A program made the translations under genes and the position numbers. Shown here one piece after another: positions 56,250 to 64,000 of a stretch of DNA of 64,000 nt. Origin of the DNA: Pseudomonadota bacterium (GTDB lineage Bacteria > Myxococcota_A > Polyangia > GCA-2747355); assembly GCA_016702545.1 (NCBI GenBank), contig JADJDT010000015.1, positions 69,744-133,743 on the forward strand, written 5' to 3'. Numbering within the stretch: position 1 is the stretch's first letter; the number at the start of each line of letters is the position of its first letter. Under the pieces are notes generated by a model. The model had not been told where the DNA came from, made no database searches, and saw only the letters and a program-made list of their open reading frames with translations.

Positions 56250-58081
56250 GAGCCCTCCGCGAAGAACGCGGCGTCAGCAAGGTCGACCGTCGGAACAACC
56301 AGCGAGCGGTCGAGCAGCTCGTTGCGCCGCTCGCACGAGGGCTCCGCGATCAGCAGGCATCCGTGGCACGCCGCCCCGTGCATGATGCGCCCTTCGTGGA
56401 GTTGGTTCGGCTTGTGCTGCGCGCAGACCGGGTCGTTGCTGCAGAGACGTCCGAGCTCGAGCGCGGCGTCGAGGTGGCGCGCGATTCTCCGGCCAACCTG
56501 CACGAGGCCGCCGAGCGTGCCCTCGGCGTCCGGCGTGCCGGTGTAGAGCAGCAAGCCATAGGCGCCGTCGCGCACGTAGATGCGCTCGCGGATGCTCGCT
56601 GCCGCGTAGCCGCACTCGAGCGAGATCGCTGTGAGCAGGAGGTGCGAGAGCGAGTGCAGCATGATGTACGGCATGTAGATCTGCTCGACGCGCTCGAGCG
56701 GGATCGGGTTCTTCGAGGTACTCTGCACCCCGCCCTGGAACTCGAGCGCGCGCTGCTTCACCGCGGGGCGAGTCGTCCACGCCTTCACCTTCGCGGCATC
56801 GAGCGCGAGGAAGACGCCCTCGCCGCGATTCTCAATGGCCGGCAGCCAGCGGGTCTCGAGGGCGAGCGCGGCGAGGCGAACACCGAGGTCGACCTCCGAG
56901 TCGACGGGCAGCGCCGGAGATTCGAACCGGGTGAAGCCGATCTCGCTGACAACCTCGCGAAGTCGGTGGGCGAGCACCACGCGCTCGACCGACGCGATCG
57001 CCCCCTTGCGCTTGGCATCGAGCGGCAGGCGTCGCGCGTAGAAGTCGCCCTCGGGCTTGTCGTCGCCGAGCTCGTCGGGAACGGAGAGGAACGTGTCGAG
57101 CTCGACGTCCTTCAGGCCCTTCTGCGTCTCCGCGCCTCCTCCTTGACGACGCTCGCACTCGGCCCAGACCTCGGCATCGGTCAGTCCTTCGAGTGCGAGC
57201 TGCACGCGTTGCTTCTTTCGCTCGCGCTTGATGTCCGCCGCGCTCTCCGCGACCGAGAGGAAGTCGTCCCAGACCGAGTCGACGGCCTTGCGGAGGCGCT
57301 CGTCGTGATCCGGGATCGAGATCGCGCGCTCGACCACAGGGAAGTACGCGTTGCTAGCGTGGCGGATCAGGAGCTTGTTGCGGTGGGGCTTGTCGTGAGG
57401 GCCAACGCAGGTCTCCCTCGCCATCGGCCCGAGCCACGGGCGATCGCCGCGGCACTCGCCGAGCACCGACCGCTCCTCGGACGTAGCCTGCAGGCGAACG
57501 AGCGACATCGGCTGGCTCGTGCACCCATCACATCGGACAAACAGCTCGGCGAGATCGCCAGTCGTGCCGCGCTCGTCGAACCAGAGTTGGCCGCCGCAGG
57601 CGACTCCGTCACCATGGACGAGTCGCGGCCAGTCGATGTCGCTCACGTGACCGTTGGGGCAGGCCTGCACGAAGCGAACGGGCACGACAGGCCAGTCCTT
57701 GCGCTTGCGCTTGCCGGTTGGATCGTCTCCGACGTAGCGCCCCTTCACCAGCGCCTTGCGGTGCACGAGCGGTCGAGACCGACCGTACTGCTTGGTGCTC
57801 ACCTCGAACTGCGCGACGAACCACTCAGGGAACTGCCAGGCGACGATGCCGATGCCGAGCTCGTCCTCGCGCTCCGGGACTGGCGGCGAGCGCAGCTCGA
57901 GGAACGGCAGGCCAAGCCGGCGACGCAGGTTCGCGAGCAGTCTCGGCTCGGGGACGAGCTACGCATCGCCGGCCCAGTGCTCGAGGCCCGCGACGAGCAC
58001 CGCGTAGTCCGGGAGATCGACGAGCGCGCCCGGCCCGTACGTGGAGACGATCTGGCTCTGACGAATCTTGACGATGCTCAC
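56246..58081 (-). pseudogene. drmB: DUF1998 protein, DISARM DrmB-like, interrupted by an in-frame TAG
   Basis: GTG at 58081 (GTGA overlap with drmA) gives VSIVKIRQSQIVSTYGPGALVDL... A TAG at 57959-57961 is in the same frame as ORF 56246..57802. Translation across it is continuous and protein-like. C-terminal Cys cluster CHGCLLIAEPSCERRN. Confidence 0.75.
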
Positions 58082-61000
58082 GTCGCCTCCGGGGTGCCGC
58101 CGTCGAGGCGTCGCACGATGACGGGCACCTCGGCCTCCACGTCGCGCAGCGACCACTGCGCCTTGAATTTGCGGAGCTTGGAGTGCGGCGGCTCCTTCTT
58201 CAGATCCGCGTCGAGCGGGTCGTGCAGCAGCGGTGGCCGAGGCTTGGCCTCGAAGGGCCCGTACTGGAGCCCGGCCTGCACCGCGGCCTTCTCCGCGGCG
58301 ATCTGCTCCCAGGTGTCGAGCAGATCATCGACACGCGCGTCCATCTTCCCGCCCAGCTCCTGTCGCTCTGCGGGCTCGAGATCCTTCGTGTGGTTCTCGG
58401 CGCGCGCCCGCACTGTGGTCTTGAGCCAGCCGAGCCGAGACCGATGCAGCGCGAGATCCGCCGCGCGTGCGGCAGGGGTGAGCGCCGCCTCGCCGTGGCG
58501 GGCCAGCGAGACCACCACGGCGGCGAGCCCGCGGTCGACAGCGCGTGGGGCGAACGGCGTCACGCTGGTCGCCTCGACCGCCCGATAGAAGGTCTCGTGG
58601 TAGGCCTCGAACCGCTCGTAGTGCGAGCGGTCGCGGGGCTTGTGGACGTTGAGCAGCGTGATGACCAATCCCGGGCGCTCTTCGTCGCGGCCGACGCGGC
58701 TCGTGGCCTGGATGTACTCGGCCGAGGTCTTCGGCTGACCGAGCACCACCATCAAGCCAAGGCGGGTGATGTCGAGACCGACGGAGATCATGTTCGTCGC
58801 GAGCGCGACGTCGACCCGGCCATCTTCTGCAAAAGGGAGCGCGAGGCGACGCTTCGCCTGCGCGACGCGGTTGGTCGGCTCGCGCGAGGTGAGCTCGATC
58901 GCGTCGAACTGGATCGTGCGGTCCACGAACGGGCATTCAGCCTCGGCCACCCTTCGATGCCGGAAGTAGCCCTGGAGGCGGCTGCGCACCTCGTCCTCGA
59001 CAATGCGGCGGCTCCCACCAAGCTCGCGCAGGGCGTTGAAGTACCCAAGGAGCGTCATGTAAGGGTCGGCGGGATTCGTCGCGTTGGCGGCGCCACCGGC
59101 CGCGTCGTAGTGCTTCTTCCCGGCCGAGAGCAGCGCCAGGTAGGTGCGCAGCAGGACGACCTTCAAGCTGCGCCCCTGGGCTGCCACGCCGACGTAGAGC
59201 CGAGGGTGCTTCACGGAAACGCTCACGGTGTGCGCGAAGAACGAGTCGCGCCGATCGGGACCAGGCGGCGGGAACACGTCCACCTGCGAGCGATTGAAGA
59301 GCGCGCGAACCTGGGCCTCGGCGCGCCGCACCGTCGCCGTGGACGCCACGATCTTCGGCAGCACGGTCTTGCCAGCGACCTCGCGGCGACAGAGGGCCTC
59401 GACGGCGGTCTCGTACAAGCCGACCATCGTGCCGAGCGGCCCGCTGATGAGGTGCAGCTCGTCCTGGATGATGAGGTCGGGCGGCAAGAACGGCCGCGGC
59501 AGCTTGCTGCCGCCCGCACCGTCGCCCGGCCCGTAGAAGCCGCCGCCGTCGAACCGCTCGACCTTTCCGAAGAGCTTGCCCGGGGTCGAGAGCCAGGGCA
59601 GCGACGCGAGCTTGTCGACCGTGGCGATGATGAAGCACGGCAGGCGTCGGTAGAGCGGCTCGTCCACCGCGACGATTGGGAGCGGGTTGTCGCGCGTGAA
59701 CGCGCAGTCCTCGTTCGCGCAGGTGATGCGCAGATCGGTCGGCTGATCCGTCGTGGGAATGAGGCGGAACGAGGTGGCCTCGAATTTGGTGCCGCACCAA
59801 GGGCAGTTCTCGATAGGGATGGGCGCAGGCTTGTACTTGCTGTCGCCTTGAAAAGCGATGGTCCGCGCGCGCGCCGAGCTGCGGTCGTTGTCGCCCTTCT
59901 TGCCCATCCGGTTCGGGGTCGCTTTGCGGCCGACCCAGAGGCCGATCTCGAAGGGCCACTTGCCGAGCTTCTCGACGTCCTTCTCGCGCTCGAGCTCGAG
60001 GGCGCAGATGAGCGTCGCCGCGCGGCCGAGCTGGTCCAGCGTGAGGAGGCGCAGCGTGTAGCGCATCAGGACGCTGACGCCCGACGAACTCACGCTCGGA
60101 TCGCGCAGCCTGCGGAGCGCGAGCGTGAACGCTGCGAGCCCCAGGTAGGCCTCGGTCTTGCCGCCGCCGGTGGGGAAGAAGAGCAGGTCGAGGACCTCGC
60201 GCTCGGGGTCGGTGGGCTTCGCGATACCGCGAAGGTTCATCAGCACGAAGGCGAGCTGGAACGGGCGCCACGTCGGCGCGCTCACCTGGTCGGGTCTCCA
60301 TCCCTTGAGCTGCGCCGTTCGCTGACGCGCCGCCGCCGCCGCCATCGTGCGGTTCGCGATCTGGAAGGCCTCGAGCACGAGCGGGTCCTCGAGCTCGACG
60401 AGCCCCTGGGCGATGCGCTGCCGCGCGAGCTCGCAGCGATCGAGGAGATCCTTCGCGACCTCAGCGCGCCGCTGCTGAGTCGGCGCAGCCGCGCGCTGCC
60501 TGGCGATCCAGGCGCCGTACTCCGTGCCGAACGCGCCGAGTGCGGCCTTCGCCTCGGCTGCCGTCTTCACGGCCGCGAGCTTCTCCATCGAGAGCTCGAC
60601 GCCTGCGATGCTGGTGGGGTCGACCTTCTCCACGGCCGCGACGGGGATCCACGTGCTGCGAACCTCGTGGCACACGCCGCCTTCGATGATCGCGTCGGTC
60701 GAGACGCCATGACCCACGGAGAACTCGAAGGCGTCGCGGTACTGGAGATCGGCGATGCGCTCGTCGGCGTCGTCATCGACCAGGCCGCGGAGATTCGGTC
60801 GCGCGACGAAGCCCTCCTTAAGCTTCAGGATCAGCTGGGCCTGAAAGAGGTGCCCCTCGTCGACTCGCTCTTCGCCCTCGGGGTCACGCTCGTTCACGAC
60901 GAACACGGAGACAGCGCGCGTGCCCGCGGGTAGCTCGTTTCCCTTGGGGCCGAGGTTGCTCACGTCGCGAGCCGACACGTAGAGGCACACGCCCCTGCTG

Positions 61001-61482
61001 TCGGGCAGCTCGGTGCGACCGAGCCCTTTCGGGGGAAGCGAGACGTCGACGGTGTGCCTGCGCTGCGTGCGCTGCCACGCCTTGCGGTCGGGGTGCTCGG
61101 GATCCTCCGTCGACACCTTGGTGTAGTCGCCCCACAGCACCTCGGCCGAGAGCGTCTTCACGCCCTTGGGCACGAGCACGCTGATGCCGAGCGACGATGG
61201 CAGGAAGACCTTGCGCGCAGGGGCCTTGTCGGGCTCCACGTCGTCGTCACCCGTGCCCTCGTCGGAGCCCACGACCGCGTCGAGGACCTCCTCGGATTCG
61301 GGGTCGTGCCGCTGCGACTCGGGGGCCTCGGTGGGGACGAGGAAGCCCGTGAGGTACCAGCGAGACGGAGGCTCACTCTCCCACAGGCGCTCCGCCTCGA
61401 GCGCGTGGCCAGGGCCGGGCCCGACCAAGTCGAGCTGCAGGGTGTCGATGAGCTTCTGCCGGATCTCTGCGGAGGTCGTCAT
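58078..61482 (-). CDS. drmA: large SF2 helicase, DISARM DrmA-like
   Basis: ATG at 61482, 1134 aa. Motif I PTGGGKTEAYL, motif II IIQDELHLISGPLG, motif VI-like YIQATSRVGR. Confidence 0.8.
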   Translation of the reverse strand: MTTSAEIRQKLIDTLQLDLVGPGPGHALEAERLWESEPPSRWYLTGFLVPTEAPESQRHDPESEEVLDAVVGSDEGTGDDDVEPDKAPARKVFLPSSLGISVLVPKGVKTLSAEVLWGDYTKVSTEDPEHPDRKAWQRTQRRHTVDVSLPPKGLGRTELPDSRGVCLYVSARDVSNLGPKGNELPAGTRAVSVFVVNERDPEGEERVDEGHLFQAQLILKLKEGFVARPNLRGLVDDDADERIADLQYRDAFEFSVGHGVSTDAIIEGGVCHEVRSTWIPVAAVEKVDPTSIAGVELSMEKLAAVKTAAEAKAALGAFGTEYGAWIARQRAAAPTQQRRAEVAKDLLDRCELARQRIAQGLVELEDPLVLEAFQIANRTMAAAAARQRTAQLKGWRPDQVSAPTWRPFQLAFVLMNLRGIAKPTDPEREVLDLLFFPTGGGKTEAYLGLAAFTLALRRLRDPSVSSSGVSVLMRYTLRLLTLDQLGRAATLICALELEREKDVEKLGKWPFEIGLWVGRKATPNRMGKKGDNDRSSARARTIAFQGDSKYKPAPIPIENCPWCGTKFEATSFRLIPTTDQPTDLRITCANEDCAFTRDNPLPIVAVDEPLYRRLPCFIIATVDKLASLPWLSTPGKLFGKVERFDGGGFYGPGDGAGGSKLPRPFLPPDLIIQDELHLISGPLGTMVGLYETAVEALCRREVAGKTVLPKIVASTATVRRAEAQVRALFNRSQVDVFPPPGPDRRDSFFAHTVSVSVKHPRLYVGVAAQGRSLKVVLLRTYLALLSAGKKHYDAAGGAANATNPADPYMTLLGYFNALRELGGSRRIVEDEVRSRLQGYFRHRRVAEAECPFVDRTIQFDAIELTSREPTNRVAQAKRRLALPFAEDGRVDVALATNMISVGLDITRLGLMVVLGQPKTSAEYIQATSRVGRDEERPGLVITLLNVHKPRDRSHYERFEAYHETFYRAVEATSVTPFAPRAVDRGLAAVVVSLARHGEAALTPAARAADLALHRSRLGWLKTTVRARAENHTKDLEPAERQELGGKMDARVDDLLDTWEQIAAEKAAVQAGLQYGPFEAKPRPPLLHDPLDADLKKEPPHSKLRKFKAQWSLRDVEAEVPVIVRRLDGGTPEAT

Positions 61483-61531
61483 CGCAAAGTGCCCTCGGTA
61501 TGCGGAGCGGATTCGATGGTCGAACAGGGCC

Positions 61532-62426
61532 TCAGCATGACCACCCCGCATCCGTCACGGCCGCCTGCTTGGCGGATGGCACATGGTGCAGGTGGCCTGG
61601 GTTCCCCTCCGTCGAAGGCGCAGCGAATTCGACAACGTTGATCTGGGCGACACCGATCGCCTGTTGCGCCGCCGCGTTGTGGATGAAGACGTCCCAGTGG
61701 TACCCGGCACCGCCATTGATGTTCGGGCGAGCCCACCCGTTGTCGTGGGCATCGACCCAGGCGTGGCCTAGATGCAACGGTGCGGAATGCAGTGATCGAT
61801 CCCTTCCACCACTGGTTGGGGACGCAAAAGGGATAGCGGGCTCCGTCCGCCACCGTCGGCAAGCGCCAGTCGAAGCGCGCCGTCCAGGGCTCGCGGAGGT
61901 TGCGCGGGTGGTACACGCACAACACCTGGCGAGGGCCAACGCCGCTCGGCTGCACATGCAGCACCCAGCGCGTGTTCTCGTGGAGTGTGGAGTTCCCCGC
62001 GGTGTGGATGACGAGGTTCCGCCCGTTCATTCGACGGCAGAACATGACGACCTGTTGGCCACTCGAAACAGCCCGAATCACCGCGAGGGCCATCCTGTCG
62101 GTCCACGGTAGCTGGAGGTGGGGGCCACCGAATAGCACGGTGAATCCTCGACGCCATGCGACGCCCGCGTTCGCCGACAGCGCGGCGATGTGCGCGTCCG
62201 ACGACGGGGCAGCGCGTCGGACCGCTTGGAGCGTTCGTTTCGCCTCGGCCGAAAGCTGACTCTCGAGGGCGCTTCCAATCTCGCTCCACAGCGCGGGCCA
62301 ATACTCGCGGAGCGGCGTTAGCTCGATGTTGTGCTCGCGACACGCGCGCAGAACGACCTCGAGATCGCTCACCACCTCGGCTTCGGCGCGAGCGAGGAAC
62401 AGCGTGGGGTCGAGGAGGCCGATCAT
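61532..62426 (-). pseudogene. unknown partner gene of the AAA ATPase, apparently frameshifted
   Basis: ATG at 62426 (ATGA overlap with the ATPase stop). Beyond roughly 61800 the GC3-rich, protein-like frame switches to that of ORF 61532..61957 (..HLGHAWVDAHDNGWARPNINGGAGYHWDVFIHN..GHLHHVPS). No family was recognised. Confidence 0.5.
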
Positions 62427-63994
62427 GGCGCTTCGTCCCTCTCGGGTTCGTCGTTGTCGTTCCAGTCCACGTTCCCGGTGGAGGCGTCGTTTTTCGTCTT
62501 GTCGAGCTTCGCGTAGTAGATGGCGCTCTCTTCGTCGGTCGCTTCATCCATGAAGTCGGCGGGCCACACCTCGCCGACGCCACCCTCCGCGGTCAGGTGG
62601 CTCGACGTCACGGTGGAGAGCCCGGCCGCATCCTGCTCTACGCTGAGCACCACGACGTTGCCGAGAAGCCACTGCTCTAGCTCGGATCCCTTGCCAGCGC
62701 GCGCAACCAAGCCGCGCAGCCGCCGCACGAGATGGTCGCTGTGCGTCTCGACAATGAGCCTGCGATTCGTCATCGCGAGGCTCACCAGCCAATGCGCAAG
62801 CTGGCTCGCGACCTTGGGGTGAAGATGCGCCTCAGGCTCCTCGAGAGCGATATGCGTGTAGCCGGGACAGCGCGCCGCGTAGGTCGCGACCGGCGTGCTG
62901 CCGGCCTGCCCGTCGAAGTGCAGCGGGTCTGCGATGAGGCCGAGCTCGATGAGCGGCAGGAGGTAGCCAAGCCCACGACCCACATGCGACAGGCTGGCGC
63001 TCCCAAAGAGTACACGGAACCCGACTTCGTGAATTTCCTCGACCCTGAGCGGCGCACTGATCCCAAGTGCGGCAAGCGTCTCGTTCACGGCCTCGACCAG
63101 GGGCACAGCCTGCACCTCGGAGGGGAGGCTCGGCGCTGCGACCTGCAGCGGCCGCGCGAAGTGGACGAGGTCCTTCTGCCGCCGGTGCAGGAGTTGGGCT
63201 GCAAGCTCCCCGGATACGCCGATCTCGTTCGGAGCCGTGGTGGCTATCTTGAATAGGCTCGGCGGCGGCTGGCGCGTCGAGCCCAGGTATTGGAGGCCGC
63301 TGAGGATCGACTTCAATGCCTGCAGGGGCTGTGCGAACAGAAATAGGAAGCCGTTGCGATAGGCGCGCTGCTTGTCGCGCGGACCGGGGCTGCCGGTGAT
63401 GTTCACGTACGGGATGAAGTGCTCGACCTCGGCGACCAACTTCGGCGCGCTCTGATCCGCCCACGTCACGCTGGGCTCCTCGTGGGGACGGATCACCACG
63501 GAGACCGGCTCGGGCGTGATTGCGTCGAGAGTGAGCTGTGAGATACGTGCGCTCCCTGCGACCTCCTCAGTATCGATGCGCAGCCGTGTTCGAACGGCAC
63601 GCTGCCCCGTTGCAGAACCGAGCCAGTTCAAGGTGTGTTTCGCAAGGTTGGCTCGATCAGGGTTGCGCGCCTCCGCCACGGCCTCGTCGATGTCGACCTC
63701 TGACTCCCACTCGACCTCGATCGACGGGCCGACGATCCTTCCGTTCGCAGGCGGCCAGCCGGAGGTCAGCTCGCGCAACGACAGCGCGTCGACGAGTCCG
63801 TCGAGGCGAAGGGGAACCTCGGGGCGCACCTCGGCGAGGGTCTGCTTCAATAGCAGCAGCGCCTGAATTAGGGTGCTCTTGCCGGAGTTGTTACGTCCCA
63901 GAACGATCGTGAGCGGCGCGAGCTCCACGCGCGTCGGGGCCGAGTACGACTTGAAACGCTCCACGGAGATCGCGACGAGTTTGCCCTTCTTCAT
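62423..63994 (-). CDS. AAA15/AAA21-type ABC-like ATPase (DUF3696-like C-terminus)
   Basis: Walker A GRNNSGKST, Walker B/D-loop IALEEPEAHLHP, H-loop VETHSDHLVRRL. 523 aa. The start lies 6 nt from the window edge. Confidence 0.75.
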   Translation of the reverse strand: MKKGKLVAISVERFKSYSAPTRVELAPLTIVLGRNNSGKSTLIQALLLLKQTLAEVRPEVPLRLDGLVDALSLRELTSGWPPANGRIVGPSIEVEWESEVDIDEAVAEARNPDRANLAKHTLNWLGSATGQRAVRTRLRIDTEEVAGSARISQLTLDAITPEPVSVVIRPHEEPSVTWADQSAPKLVAEVEHFIPYVNITGSPGPRDKQRAYRNGFLFLFAQPLQALKSILSGLQYLGSTRQPPPSLFKIATTAPNEIGVSGELAAQLLHRRQKDLVHFARPLQVAAPSLPSEVQAVPLVEAVNETLAALGISAPLRVEEIHEVGFRVLFGSASLSHVGRGLGYLLPLIELGLIADPLHFDGQAGSTPVATYAARCPGYTHIALEEPEAHLHPKVASQLAHWLVSLAMTNRRLIVETHSDHLVRRLRGLVARAGKGSELEQWLLGNVVVLSVEQDAAGLSTVTSSHLTAEGGVGEVWPADFMDEATDEESAIYYAKLDKTKNDASTGNVDWNDNDEPERDEAP

Positions 63995-64000
63995 TTGGTC

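Noticed and set aside
61479-61482. The ATGA overlap between the 315-aa ORF stop and the drmA start, taken as evidence that the long frame is the real one.
   Set aside because: The last ~100 codons of that frame are Arg/Cys/Pro-rich with weak GC3 bias. The +1 frame over the same DNA is GC3-rich and protein-like. The overlap is judged coincidental, though this needs a homology check.

Overview
This is a high-GC, gene-dense chromosomal window, about 70-78% GC in spot counts. The gene content suggests Myxococcota: Ser/Thr kinase, sigma54 activator, LVIVD and TPR proteins, and an MXAN_5187-like C-terminal domain. That taxonomic call is inference only. From 1 to about 53 kb the content is ordinary housekeeping and envelope genes: apbC, comEC, radC, tRNA-Lys, pgeF-rluD, glgC, dusA, a TolC/MFP/RND efflux locus, an HDAC-family gene and others. 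Two things stand out. (1) The last ~10.5 kb (53.4-64.0 kb, all on the minus strand) is a composite anti-phage defence island. It reads: AAA15/DUF3696-type ATPase plus an unknown partner gene, then a DISARM-like drmA-drmB-drmC core with no methyltransferase in view, then a DUF262 gene plus an Rx4H HEPN gene. Neighbouring genes are linked by 4-nt start/stop overlaps. At least four of the seven genes carry reading-frame lesions: an in-frame amber codon, frameshifts, and a scrambled DGQQR motif. (2) A family of ~130-170 bp palindromic intergenic elements occurs seven times. They share a conserved core, and their long terminal arms differ between copies but stay complementary within each copy. Several supply the stop codon of the flanking gene, and one covers the only canonical start codons of the HDAC gene. 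All product names come from motif recognition in the supplied translations. No database search was possible, so family assignments are hypotheses to confirm with HMM or BLAST searches.
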